A stretch of DNA of 63,804 bases, filler included, from Octopus bimaculoides (Eukaryota): assembly GCF_001194135.2 (NCBI RefSeq). It is 5 parts of 4 records of this genome, joined end to end, with 100 filler letters (N's around TTAATTAATTAA, not from the genome) between each part and the next. Parts side by side here need not be neighbours in the genome. Positions count along the whole stretch, not along the records: positions 44,062 to 60,493 come from NC_068981.1; positions 60,594 to 63,804 come from NC_069006.1; 3 more parts are not named here. The stretch is one strand, 5' to 3'. Each line of letters starts with the position of its first letter. The stretch's first letter is position 1. The notes below the pieces were generated by a model. It made no database searches. It worked only from the letters and a program-made list of their open reading frames with translations, and had not been told where the DNA came from. This document shows positions 50,290-63,310 of the stretch, one piece after another. The position numbers and the translations under genes are program-made.

Positions 50290-50734
50290 TGCTGTAAAAT
50301 CATCAGCAGTCATATCAGCTGTACCGTTATTAGTAACAAGAACTGACAGCAACAACAAGGTGAAGTAGAAAAGGTTTCTGAGGGACGAATATAACAACGT
50401 TTTGTTGTCCTCAACCACTTTTAACTTGGTTACAAAAGAAGTGTAAACATTTATATGTTCTCATTCTTTCGTTATTTCTTTCTTTCGTTCTTACTTTGTT
50501 TGTTTGTTTGTTTGTTTGCTTCTTTCTTTCTTTCTTTCGTTCTTCCTTTCTGTCTTTCGTTCTTTCTTTCTTTCTTTCTATCTTTCTTTCTTTCTTTCGT
50601 TCTTCCTTTCTGTCTTTCGTTATTACTTTCTTCCTTTCTGTCTTTCTTTCGTTCTTTCTTTCGTTCTTTCTTTCATTCCTTCTTTCGTTCTTTCTTTCGT
50701 TCTTCCTTTCTGTTTTTCGTTCTTTCTTTCTTTT

Positions 50735-50778
<44 letters not shown>

Positions 50779-52059
50779 ATTTTCTATATTAACTTTCGTT
50801 CTCGCCTGACCATTCTTTTTATTGAACAGACAAGCATATACATACATCCACACATTCATCCGTACATACATACATACATACAAACATAATACATACATAC
50901 GTATATATTTATACACACACACACACACACACACACATATANNNNNNNNNNTATATATATATATATATATATATGTCACTCTTTCTTCCTCTGTATGTAT
51001 GTATGCTTTATGGCCAGCTATATATAAAGACAATTTTGCATTCAACTGAGTTAAAGAAACATGTACTCTATTAAACTCTGCTTTCGTTCATTTTTCTTAT
51101 TCGCTTGTCTATACCACAGCGGTTTGCACGTTGCTGACACCGCTATATTGCATAATATCACATCAAAGTGTCGAAATTGTAATGACATTTGGCCGAAAAT
51201 ATGTGTCTGAAACGTCCACGCACAAATAAACATGTTTTTTTACAGTAGCACATAGAGAGCGCATATATAACCTGATATAAATTAATAAAGTTATTTGAGC
51301 AAAAACTTTAGCATTGGAAATTGTCACTCCAATATTTATTAACATAACCAAATGTGCCAATGACTAGCGATATAAATGCGAACATATATTACAGTTAGAG
51401 AAACCGTAGATTTCATAGACGTTTCTCTTTCTCACCAATTTTGAAAGAAATATTTGTATCTGCAGAGAAGTTGACCTCTATGACTTGTATATAGGTTTGC
51501 TGTTTTTTTTTTCTGTCTGAAACCACCGCATCAGGTCAGTTTTGCTTGCACTGGCTACACTGATCTTAATCCTCCACATGTCTCTTAATATTATTGTTCC
51601 TGTGGAATCTTCCAGTTAATGTTACAAACTTGCGAGCTTTAATATCAATGAAGCTTTAATAGCAATGAAGCCGATTTCTTCAACAGATTTCTTCAAGAAC
51701 TACAAATGTTGGCATCGGTACTCCCACCTCAAATGCATTCTTTTATTTTCTACTTGCTTCAGTTATTTCACAGCGGCTACGCCAGGACTCCGTCTCCAAG
51801 AGATTTTAGTCGATCACATCCACCACAGTTCTTATTTGTATCAAACTAGTAACTGGTCCACATATATACCTGTACCATTAAATATATAGCTTTATGCTAT
51901 ATAGGTATGAGAGAGATTTCTTCGGTCCGCTCGCTCGTATACTGTCGAATCTGTAATTTTCAGTGTTTATTTTTATTTTGGTGGTCCAAATGAGGGTTTT
52001 AGCTCTCTTTTCTAGCAGTTAAAACATGTCCTTATGATTAATGTATATATATATATATA

Positions 52060-52400
52060 CCTATACCTTCACAGAAATACGGACCAACCTCCATAACCAT
52101 CTGGAAGAAAATGAGCTGTGAACTTTATTCTTCTATCTACTGTTTTATTCTTTATTAACTACTTTATTCCTTTATAAACAGTGAATTCCCTGTCTAGAAC
52201 TTTCATACATACTCACCTTGCCTCTGATGACGGAATACACAGTGTATGGAGATGCTAACCTAACACTTGGAATATCCCAGAAACAGCTGTAAGACATCCA
52301 TTAATTAATTAATTAGTTACGTGCTTCAAATTCACCTTATTAAATATTCTAAATGATGTGAGATACTCGTCCTGCTTTGGTCTTTGTTGTCCTTTTTCCT
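52060..52400 (+). mobile_element. Penelope-type terminal repeat with hammerhead motif (52219-52296)
   Basis: tgcct-CTGATGA-[~50 nt]-GAAA-CAGCTG-TA-agaca; same layout as the 14495-14535 motif. Confidence 0.6.
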
Positions 52401-52550
52401 GTAATATAATATATACCTGCTGACTCGGAAGTCTACTGTGGACCCTAGCTCCAGCCTCAGCTGTAAACTTGGAACCTAACGATGACCAATTATAGCACTT
52501 ATGCTGCATATCTATTAATTTAGATTACCAGTGAACTAAACCTCTCATAT

Positions 52551-52593
<43 letters not shown>

Positions 52594-52603
52594 NNNNNNN
52601 NNN

Positions 52604-52668
<65 letters not shown>

Positions 52669-53149
52669 CATCAGCGATGACTCCGGCACCCGGGCTGTTC
52701 GGGCTTAACCTGAGAATAAACTTAGTAAAGTGAACCTGTATTTGCAATCTGATTTCATTTCTGCCAACACTGACTTCAGGTATGCAATTTCAGCCAATAA
52801 CTCGGGGGCTCCTTTTATTGAGCCTGGTCACAGTTCATTCAGCGTCTGTCGGTCGTCACAGAGGTGCCCTGTGTCAAAAGATATCATTCGTAGAAGACGT
52901 TCTTTTGACATCGTCCACACGCGCCTGACTCGATTATTACTTTTAATTTTTACGATTATAGATAACAACTCTGACTGTAACTTCTGGGCCCGAGGCAGCA
53001 TCAAAATCCCACATTCACCAATTGCCACATGTCAGAGGAGATTTCAAATAATGGTGTAGCACAGCCAACGGTGATGCTCCAGCATGACCGCAGCCTTAAA
53101 GCTGAGACAATTTAAAGATATATCTACAAATAACTATATATATTTGACT

Positions 53150-53261
53150 TTGTGGTAAGTCCCACTGCGTGGCACCTTGGTCAAGTATCTTCTACTATAG
53201 CCTCGGGCCGAATAAAGCCTTGTGAGTGGATTTGGTAGACGGAAACTGAAACAAGCCTATC

Positions 53262-53294
<33 letters not shown>

Positions 53295-53475
53295 NNNNNN
53301 NNNNGATGGTGGTGTGTTTACGTCCCTATAACATAGTTGTTCGGCGAAACAGATTGATAGAATAAGTACCATGCTTACAAAGAATAAATCTTGAGGTTAT
53401 TTTTCCTACTAAAAGAACTTTTCAGGCGGTGCTCTAGCATGGCCGCAATCAAATGACTGAAACAAGTAAATGAAT
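53150..53475 (+). mobile_element. SINE family A
   Basis: gtcccactgcgtggcaccttggtcaagtatcttctactatagcctcgggccg...gcatggccgcaatcaaatgactgaaacaag. Confidence 0.85.
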
Positions 53476-53484
53476 AGAAACACC

Positions 53485-53873
53485 GTTGTCGTGACCCTCC
53501 GTCGGTTACGAAGACGAGGGTTCCAGTTGATCTGATCAACGGAATAGCCTGCTCCTGAAATTAACGTGCAAGTGGCTGAGCACTCCACAGACACGTGTAC
53601 CCTTAACGTAGTTCTCGGGGAGATTCAGCGTGACACAGAGTGTGACAAAGCTGGCCCCTTTGAAATACAGATACGACAGAAACAGGACGAAAGAGTAAGA
53701 ACAAGTTGTGGTGCAAGAATACAGCGGGGTTCGACACCACCCCATGCTGGAGCCTCAAGGAGCTTTAGGTGTTTTCGCTCAATAAGCACTCACAACGCCC
53801 GGTCTGGGAATCGAAACCGCGATCCTACGACTGCGAATCCGCTGCCCTAACCACTGGGCCATTGCGCCTCCAC
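53485..53873 (-). mobile_element. Full-length SINE family C, second subfamily
   Basis: Reverse of the tRNA head (gtggaggcgcaatggcccagtggttagggcagcgg) and C tail; diagnostic internal differences from 21185. Confidence 0.9.
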
Positions 53874-54824
53874 AATATAGACATATTCATATATATATAT
53901 ATATAATATATACGTGTGTGTATGTGTGTAAAGTTGCTCAATATACTGAGTAAGTGCTGTCGATTTATGTGAAATGCGTGTCGTTCATAAAGTACGGACT
54001 ATCTCAAGTGTTGATCCTTCGTCCCCTTCATCGCTTTCTTATCCCCCCACCCCGATTCATTTCTCATAGACACATATATATAACTCTTACTTTGTTATTT
54101 GTAAGTTATATCCTGAAGATTGTTCAAAGATTTCTTCGCAATTCTTCTTGTCTTTGACACTTTAGGGAATCAACATATATATGCAGTTTTTGCTATTATT
54201 ATTCTAAGCTTGTTTCCACTCGAAAAAACTTTAACTTCGATACAAAAAATGTAAAAAAATTAACACGGAAATAAAAATTTGAAAATAAAATAAAATGAAA
54301 TTAAATTTTTTAAAAATACAATAAAGTATGAATTTTCAAGATTTTCATCGTTTCCATCAGGTTTTTCCATCCCCTAAGGGCTGCCTTCCTACATAACAAG
54401 TTTCCTGTCCAATAAAATTAAAAATGTGTCATCGGAAATTCCTTAATAGTTTTTATAATATTTTTTTTTCGCCTTTCATCTTTAATTTTCTTTTGTTTTA
54501 TTACCATTCTTTGATAATCTCAGAGAGAAAAATAAATCTCACTGTTTGCTGATGTGGTATTCATCATTTTCGATACAAAATAAAATTTTAAAAAAAACTA
54601 AACACACAAATAAAAACCTACGGGCGCCTCTCGTTATGCAAATTAGATACTGAGAGCAACCGATGGGAAAATTATTTTGCTGGCGGCCATTAGCTATATG
54701 AAGTTAAGTTAATATCCCTGCAACCAAACTGTGAAAGCATGCAAGACACATTGTTTACAGGTAATAAGAATATTGTAGCAGTTTAACTACATCCAATCAC
54801 CTCTACCTCTCTCGCGCGCACGCG

Positions 54825-54869
<45 letters not shown>

Positions 54870-55099
54870 AGTGTGTTTGATGAAGGAAGAGGTGAAATAA
54901 CAAACATTAAGTAAACAAACACACAAAATAAATAAATATGTAAATATGTAAATACGGAATCATTAATCAATACAGTTATGAATTTTGTGTTTTGTGTAGG
55001 TGGATGATGTTTTAATAACAAGATCGATGATAAGAAGAAAAAAAAAGAGTACACACTTATTCATACAACTTCAACACCCGTCTCACACACATACAGACA

Positions 55100-55158
<59 letters not shown>

Positions 55159-55244
55159 ATGTTGTTTTCATAATAACACAAGTGATAAGGCCAATCGTAT
55201 TTCTGTGTTGATCTCCTGTATTTTCATTTTTGTAGTTTTTAGTC

Positions 55245-55640
55245 GCAGGCATCGCTATGTGGTTACGGGGCTTGTTTTCAAACCACGTGGTTTCGGGTTC
55301 ACTCTCATTGCACGGCACTTTAGCCAAATGCCTTCTACTAGAGTTCCAGACCGACCAATAATTTATCAGAAAATTTGGTAGATGGAAACTGTATGGCGAG
55401 CTGGCAGAAACGTTAGCACGCCAGGCGAATTGCTTAGCGATAATTCGTCTGCCGCTACGTTCTGAGTTCAAATTCCGCCGGGGTCGATTAAATAAGTACC
55501 AGATACGGACTGGAGTCGATATAATCGACTAATCCGTTTGTCTGTCCCTGTTTGTCCCATCTGTGTGTAGCCCCTTGTGGGAAATAAAGAAATAAGGAAA
55601 CTGTATGGTATCGTGTTGCATATGTATATGAATATATATC
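55245..55640 (+). mobile_element. Old family A SINE with a nested B1 SINE (55395-55595) and 13 bp TSD
   Basis: ggaaactgtatgg at 55384-55396 and 55596-55608. Confidence 0.85.
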
Positions 55641-56088
55641 GTTGCTATTATGTTAAACCGTCCAAATTTGGCCAAATGCATTCTTTTTAATATTTATTTT
55701 TGCTTGCAATAGCCAGATGTCAAAGATGGCAAAAACTGTCAAAATGTAATACAACGGTTTTTCTATGGAATGGGGAAAATATTTTTCCGTTTTCTGAAAA
55801 ACAGCAACGTTTGGACTTACGACACTNNNNNNNNNNNNNNNNNNNNNNNNNNNNNNNNNNNNNNNNNNNNNNNNNNNNNNNNNNNNNNNNNNNNNNNNNN
55901 NNNNNNNNNNNNNNNNNNNNNNNNNNNNNNNNNNNNNNNNNNNNNNNNNNNNNNNNNNNNNGTGTGTGTGTGTGTGTGTGGGCATAAGTGTGTATTTCAC
56001 TGTGTTTGTGTGTTCCCCACACAACTACATGGCATTATAAAAAAACCCAAAAAACACTGAAGTCGAGTTGTTGGACTAAACCCTTCAT

Positions 56089-56151
56089 GGGCATATAGCG
56101 TAGTGGTTAAGAGCGTGGGCTACTAACCGCAAGATTCCGAGTTCGATTCCA
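56089..56151 (+). mobile_element. Isolated tRNA-like SINE head (another family)
   Basis: gggcatatagcgtagtggttaagagcgtgggctactaaccgcaagattccgagttcgattcc; A and B boxes present but no 3' acceptor strand. Confidence 0.55.
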
Positions 56152-56364
56152 ATTTTTCTAATGGTTAGTAGTGTTTTCTCTTATAGATTTTCTCTTATAC
56201 ATGCCGATAACAAACTTTTTACTAAATATGTGTGTGTGTATGTTTGCGGGTGTGTTTATGTATGTATGTATGTCTATATATATATATATATGCGTATGCG
56301 TATGTATGTGCGAGTGTGTACATTGCTTTATATATAAACATTACGTAGCAGGTTATTAGAACTC

Positions 56365-57545
56365 AATATTTTTATAATGTGCCAATTGGTGACAACAACT
56401 CTTTCCTCATTTCAAGAATCTTGGGATTCTTGCACAGTACAAGATAGCAATTTTCTGAAGGTCGACCATGACAGTCTCAATTCCAATATCCGCCAGCCAC
56501 TTAGGCATCGTTTTGGCTGTTGTGCCAAGTACACAGATTACCACAAAAATAACTTCCAAAGTTTCTTCAGTTCTCTGGCTACACCCTGACATTTCTCATT
56601 TTTTCCCCTATTTCTTTGGTATTGACTCGGCTATCATAGAGAATTCCAAAATCTAGGATATTGCACTGTTTGTTTAGTTTGTCTTCTATAATAATGTCTG
56701 GTCGTCTTGCCTCAAAACTATGGTCAGTCATTTTGGGGAAGTCCCACAAAAACCTGTAATTCTCATTATCTATCACGGCCTTTGGTTCATATTTACACTG
56801 CTTTTCTGTTATTTTGAAGCTAACACACCCGGCTAACATCTCGATGTACTTACATAAAATTTAGATAAAACTTAGATATGTTTCGACCAAAGATTGGTCC
56901 AGACCATGTCTAACTTAATAGCACCACCTGATAGGATTAGCTAAATCCTTTTTAAGTCAAGTTTTGTGGGATTATGGTCCATTCAAGTAGTGAGTTCTTG
57001 TAGAGTGAGTTGTATCCAGGTATGGGTGGCTTATCTGGTATTCCTTGAAGAAATTTGTCCAGACTCCGTTTAAAGGTGATGGGATCCTTTTCCTCTTTGA
57101 TCAGTTTTGGGACAATGTTAAACAGGGCACATACACTGTCATTCCGGCGCTTATACTCATTTTGTGCTAGCACATTGCAATCACTCAATTGATACTTTCG
57201 TTTTCTTTCGTGAGAGTTCCACATTTTCTAGCTGATTAAGTTTTATCAATCTACTACAATTCGCCGTCATTTTTGACGGTACGGGGCTAACTAGTTGGTT
57301 GTATAATTCTTTGTCATTCGCTTGTTCTGTTGCTGCCTCTCTTCTTCAATTCTACTGTTCCAGTCACTTGTTAGATATTTCTAGCCGTCCATGTGATTCT
57401 TTCTTCACTCCACACAACATTATTTGTTTCAACCCCAGTATCACAGTATTAATAGTGTCTTCTGTGGTTAGTAATCCTCTGCCTTCTTCTTTTCTTGGCA
57501 GATAGAGTTTGTCGGTATTACTTTTAATTCCATTCAAGCTCTATT
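56365..57545 (-). pseudogene. R4-clade LINE 3' ORF remnant (family R4-c), interrupted by a CR1/L2 fragment
   Basis: KSNTDKLYLPRKEGGRGL; SDCNVLAQNEYKRRNDSV; YEPKAVIDNENYRFLWDF..TDHSFEARRPDIII; VICVLG..DLQKIAIL. Confidence 0.85.
56850..57137 (-). mobile_element. CR1/L2-group LINE 3' end nested in R4-c
   Basis: CALFNIVPKLIKEEKDPITFKRSLDKFLQGIPDKPPIPGYNSLYKNSLLEW; short UTR and atctaagtttt-type tail. Confidence 0.85.
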
Positions 57546-57669
57546 CAAACTCGATTTTTGCGCATTTTGGAAAGGGAGCAGAGTATCTCAATACTAGCGT
57601 AGTCCATATATTTATTGTCATAATCATATTTCCCCTATAATGTAAAACCAGTAAACCCTGGTTCGAAGA

Positions 57670-57866
57670 AATTAACCTGGAACCATGTGGTAGGGAAGCA
57701 AGCTTCTTATTTCTATACTGCCCACAAGGGGCTAAACACAGAGGGGACAAACAAGGACAGACAAACGGATTAAGTCGATTATATCGACCCCAGTGCGTAA
57801 CTGGTACTTATTTAATCGACCCCGAAAGGATGAAAAGCAAGCTTCTTACCACACAACCACTCTTAC
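57670..57866 (-). mobile_element. Family A head with nested 5'-truncated B1 SINE (57709-57834) and 13 bp TSD
   Basis: aagcaagcttctt at 57696-57708 and 57835-57847. Confidence 0.88.
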
Positions 57867-57868
57867 AC

Positions 57869-57906
<38 letters not shown>

Positions 57907-58231
57907 AAAGAAATATTGAGTGCGGGTGTGTCTGTATGTGTATGTGTGTGTTATTGTGTTTGTGTGTGGTCGTGTGTGTGCATATAGGTTTACATGTTCG
58001 GAATTTGAGTTTGTGTGCTTCTTTTCTTTTTTAAATGTAAAGCTTGTATACGCATGTGTATATGTGTATGTGTGTGTGTGTGTGTTGAGTGTATAAACGA
58101 GAGGTGGGGAATCGAAACGTGCGTGTATATATAAATTTAGACTGTGTATGTGCGTGCGCGCGAGTGTGATTAAATACAGAGGGTGACGGTGTATGCGAAT
58201 TGTGCGCGGATGGTTTTGAGTGTGTGTATGA

Positions 58232-58285
<54 letters not shown>

Positions 58286-59614
58286 TGGATTTGTATGTGT
58301 GCGTATGGATTTGTGGATGGGTGTGCGTGTGTGCATGTGAGTGCGTTTTGTTGTACGTGTGTGCGTGTGAATCTGTATGCATGTATGCGGATGTGTGCTT
58401 CACTGATGGCGGTTCCCGTGAGAACTACAAGTGCTACCTAATAAAAGGGAGCCAAATCCCTTTCGCTCATACTGTGAACAGCCCTCTCAACAGTCCCTGA
58501 TCAGTTGTTACACTACGACCGAGTTGACTTTCTGTGTGTCGGTGCTGATGTGTGACTATGCGTGTGTAGGAATCTGTGGTGTGTGAGTGTATGGAAATGG
58601 GTGCTTATTGTGTGCCTGTATATCATTTACGGGAATTTATATCAAGTATATATTTATGTATTCATGAATATTGAATAAGCATGTTTTTACGCCTGCTTCA
58701 TGTTGGTATTTACAATGCTCATTAATATATATATATATATATATATANNNNNNNNNNNNNNNNNNNNNNNNNNNNNNNNNNNNNNNNNNNNNNNNNNNNN
58801 NNNNNNNNNNNNNNNNNNNNNNNNNNNNNNNNNNNNNNNNNNNNNNNNNNNNNNNNNNNNNNNNNNNNNNNNNNNNNNNNNNNNNNNNNNNNNNNNNNNN
58901 NNNNNNNNNNNNNNNNNNNNNNNNNNNNNNNNNNNNNNNNNNNNNNNNNNNNNNNNNNNNNNNNNNNNNNNNNNNNNNNNNNNNNNNNNNNNNNNNNNNN
59001 NNNNNNNNNNNNNNNNNNNNNNNNNNNNNNNNNNNNNNNNNNNNNNNNNNNNNNNNNNNNNNNNNNNNNNNNNNNNNNNNNNNNNNNNNNNNNNNNNNNN
59101 NNNNNNNNNNNNNNNNNNNNNNNNNNNNNNNNNNNNNNNNNNNNNNNNNNNNNNNNNNNNNNNNNNNNNNNNNNNNNNNNNNNNNNNNNNNNNNNNNNNN
59201 NNNNNNNNNNNNNNNNNNNNNNNNNNNNNNNNNNNNNNNNNNNNNNNNNNNNNNNNNNNNNNNNNNNNNNNNNNNNNNNNNNNNNNNNNNNNNNNNNNNN
59301 NNNNNNNNNNNNNNNNNNNNNNNNNNNNNNNNNNNNNNNNNNNNNNNNNNNNNNNNNNNNNNNNNNNNNNNNNNNNNNNNNNNNNNNNNNNNNNNNNNNN
59401 NNNNNNNNNNNNNNNNNNNNNNNNNNNNNNNNNNNNNNNNNNNNNNNNNNNNNNNNNNNNNNNNNNNNNNNNNNNNNNNNNNNNNNNNNNNNNNNNNNNN
59501 NNNNNNNNNNNNNNNNNNNNNNNNNNNNNNNNNNNNNNNNNNNNNNNNNNNNNNNNNNNNNNNNNNNNNNNNNNNNNNNNNNNNNNNNNNNNNNNNNNNN
59601 NNNNNNNNNNNNNN

Positions 59615-59654
<40 letters not shown>

Positions 59655-60593
59655 AGAAATTAAAGAAGGAAAATGCACACACTTTACATAGTTTTGATAT
59701 AATTTTTAATATATCGACCGGTTTCGCTTTCGCTATTCATGACATTAAAATTTATTTAAATACGTATTTACTTAACAAGAATATTTTTGTCCATGTGTGT
59801 GTGTGAATAGAGTAGTAGTACAACATTGTTTACTGGAAATGGCAGTCGATACATTTACGACGCTATAGTAAAGCTTCACTGTGTATATGCTGACAATGAC
59901 GTATGAGGGCAGCGAACATAAAAAATTCCGTCTTACTTCTAGGAAGAACATTAAATAAATGGACAACCCAGAATCGGATAATCTAGTACCTGACGTTCGG
60001 ACTCTTCAAATACGTTTGTTATCGTAAATTTGATTAACCTTCTTCAGCTGGATTTACTTGGACAATATTTCAAATGTTGCCACATCAATGTCAATATACT
60101 CGCCGGAACACCAAGCGGTTAACAGAACCGAGAAAAGTGAAAAGGTTTTCAATAAAAAACCAAATAATGCCAGACAAATGTATTACTTTCCAGTCAAATA
60201 TATATATATTTTTATATATATCTTTTCTCTCAGAGCTTCAATCAAACGACTGCAGCCATGCTGGGGCACCGCCGTTTACTTTGCTACACTTTCACTAAAG
60301 CTCCTCTGATATGTGACATTTGGTGGATGAGGGAGTTCGACGCTGCTCTCTTCATTTGTGTTTCTTGCCCAGAGGTAGGTTCATTCGCAACTCTTGACAC
60401 ACATAAATATATGTGTGTGTTTCTATATATATACATATATATTCATATACACATATGGGTATATAAATATACATATGGGTATATATATATATANNNNNNN
60501 NNNNNNNNNNNNNNNNNNNNNNNNNNNNNNNNNNNNNTTAATTAATTAANNNNNNNNNNNNNNNNNNNNNNNNNNNNNNNNNNNNNNNNNNNN

Positions 60594-60745
60594 CGACGCT
60601 GGGCACAAGTGCCATCACAATTTCACTTTCGCTTGCCCCAATAAGTCTTCGCAAGCTGAGTTTCGTGTCCAATGAAGGAGACGACGTTGGCATGGGTGCC
60701 AGTCATCGAATTTAGTTCGATTTCAATTTCACTTGCCTCAACAGG
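60594..60745. repeat. Unclassified interspersed repeat fragment with internal repeated motif
   Basis: Two copies of a aatttcactt(tc)gc(tt)gcc-like motif; GC-richer than the flanks. Confidence 0.4.
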
Positions 60746-61019
60746 TCATATATTTATGTATATATGTTCATGTATGTATGTATATATATATCGGTGTGTG
60801 TCTGTATGTATGTATATACATATATCGATGTGCATATATGTATATATGTGTGTGTATGTACATGTATTTATGTATACATATATTCTCTTAATACTGAGTG
60901 CTCTATTGATACCTGCCAGGAATGTTTATGTATGTATGTATGCATACATAAAAATGTGTATATGTTTGTATTCTTCTTTTGGCATAGTGTCATTCTTGTA
61001 AATGAGCCTCACTGTTATA

Positions 61020-61200
61020 TAAATGGTGTCATTCATTTCCAGTATTCTACAAAAGCTAGTCTGACCAAAAGGAAATATTACCTTGACCAGAAACCGGAAA
61101 TGGCTGGCAACAGGAACGGCATCCAGTTGTAGAAAATCTGCCTCTATAAACTCTGTCCTACCAATGCAAGCCTGAAAAGTGGACATTAAAATGATAATTA
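61020..61200 (+). mobile_element. SINE-like 3' fragment (family I)
   Basis: ggcaacaggaacggcatccagttgtagaaaatctgcctc...gaaaagtggacattaaaatgat resembles common SINE tails ending in (ATG)n. Confidence 0.5.
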
Positions 61201-61204
61201 TGAT

Positions 61205-62030
61205 TATATAATTATAATGAAATTATTGTATACAGTGCTCAGGTGCACTACAACTTGTCAAAAGTGCACATAAAGCATCTGCAGTATTGTACAAATGTCT
61301 GGAAAGTGAACAGTGTATGAGTCAGATACATGCTTGCGTGTGTATGGAGGGGAGAAAATCAGGTGTAGTGTTGGCGAATCTCAGGAAGCATGGAAGTTTT
61401 GATGGATGCAGTGCTCCGACAACTAACAACTGATGCTGGCAGTTTGTTCCATACTTCAGCAACTCTTAGCGTGAAAAAGTGTTTCCGAAAGTAATGGGAG
61501 CTGTGCTGTTTTCTGACTTTGTAAACATGTCCACGGGTGTTAGACAGGTGGAATTTGAAAAGGTGCTCAAAGTTATTGTTAGTAAGATGGTTAATAATTT
61601 TATGGGCATCTGCCAAGTCAGTTGCCAGATGTCGGAGTTTCAATGTATCCATACCCAGGGAAGTAAGGCTTTCAGAATATTGCAAATGCCTGATGGAGGG
61701 AATTCTCTTGGTTGCACATCTCTGAACAGTTTCCAAACGATTAATATCACAGGCAAGATAGGGGTTCCAGACTGGAGACGCAAATTCCAGGTGAGGCCGC
61801 ACCATAGCTATATAAAGCCTCAGATATTTAGCCGGAGAGCGGCTCACAAAGGACTTGGTAAGTGATGCCAAGACACCCTCAGCTTTCTTGGTAATTTTAA
61901 CAATGTGTTTTGTCCAACGCAAATTGCTGTCAACAATAATGCCCAGGTCACGTTCGCAAGAAGACTTTTTGAGATTAGTGTTGTGGAGGGAGTAAGTAGA
62001 CTTACTATGTTTGTGTCGCAGATATATCAC
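61205..62030 (-). mobile_element. CR1-clade LINE, 5'-truncated; ORF2 C-terminus open (61359-62030)
   Basis: ERDLGIIVDSNLRW..LYIAMVRPHLEFASPVWNPY..LETVQRCATK..NTRGH..RKHFFTLRVAEVWNKLP; 3' hairpin gtgcac..gtgcac and AT-rich tail. Confidence 0.92.
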
Positions 62031-62229
62031 AGTGACAGGTCAAAGATATGTTACAATGTTGTGACACAAGTATGTTACAGTGGTTGTGTAACTCAGTATG
62101 TGGCACAACCACTGTGTCACATATCCTTGTGACAAAGGCACTGTGGAGTAAACGATGTGTCATAATTTAGTCACACAGTGTTGTGTCACAGGTGAGCACA
62201 GAATTGTGATACAGTAGTATTACAGGTGT

Positions 62230-62566
62230 GGTAAAGGTGGGTAGTGGTTGTGAGTGTAGTATTTATAATGATGGTAATATTTGTGAATGAGCTGATAGTG
62301 ATGACAAAAGTTACAGGGGTAAAGATAATGGCAGTGGTGATGAAGATGGTGATGGCAGTGACATGGTGGCTGGTGGTGGTGGTGGTGGTAGTGTTAATGG
62401 TGACAATTCAGGTGTAATAATGGAGGTGGTGAAAACGGTATGGTAATAGTGGTGGTGGTGGTGGTGGTGATGGTGGTGGTGATGGTGGTGGTGAAAGTAA
62501 CAACTGTGGTGCAGTTAATTAGAATGTGAAACTGAAAGTTGAATAAGCAACAGTCATCGTCATTGC

Positions 62567-62601
<35 letters not shown>

Positions 62602-62789
62602 CGGCAGCAGCAGCAGCATTAGCAGTCATGCCTGCAGTAGTAGCAGGAGTAAGAGCAGCAGCAACTAAAGCAACAATAACAACATTTGACAGCAGTAATA
62701 GCAACAGAAGTTGCAGTACTAACAACACAATCATCACCATCATTACTTACTGCTACTACCACCACCACCACCACCATCATCACTGTCAC

Positions 62790-62835
<46 letters not shown>

Positions 62836-63310
62836 GTCATCATCATCATCTTTGTAATCATCACCATCATCACCATCACTACTACTACTACCACCACCAC
62901 CACCATCACCGTCATCACTGTCACCATTATTATCTTCATCATCACTATTATCATCATTGTCATCATCATCATCTTTGTAATCATCATCATCGTCATCGTC
63001 ACCATCATCATAATCTTCATCACCACCATCATCATCATCATCTTCTTCTTCTTTTTCTTCTTTTTCTTCTTCTTCTTCTTCTTCTTCTTCTTCTTCTTCA
63101 CCACCAACACCATCACCACCACCTCCACTATAACCACTTACCATTACTGCCACCATCATCATCACCAACACTATTAACACAAACATCACTCCCATCACCC
63201 CACCACCAACAACAACAACTACAGTAACATTATAATTACCACCACCAACACCAATAATCACTGCAACTGCATCAATTGAGTGCAACAATTGTCGTTACAT
63301 TGTTCTCAAT
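62230..63310. repeat. Mosaic trinucleotide tract (GGT/GAT/GTA/GCA/CAC/CAT/CTT)
   Basis: Direct reading; produces homopolymeric ORFs in several frames. Confidence 0.9.

Noticed and set aside
56089-56151. Possible tRNA gene
   Set aside because: Acceptor stem is incomplete and the sequence stops at the T-arm; better explained as a SINE head
58465-58545. Minus-strand frame SQLGRSVTTDQGLLRGLFT resembling a carboxylesterase/neuroligin N-terminal motif
   Set aside because: Too short, the acceptor is poor, and no further exons of such a gene were found in the window
62743-63288. Acidic/Gly ORF containing DYKDDDD twice (FLAG-like), and His-rich or Met-rich frames
   Set aside because: All frames are products of a (CAT)/(CAC) mosaic with a short internal duplication; no vector context or splice support
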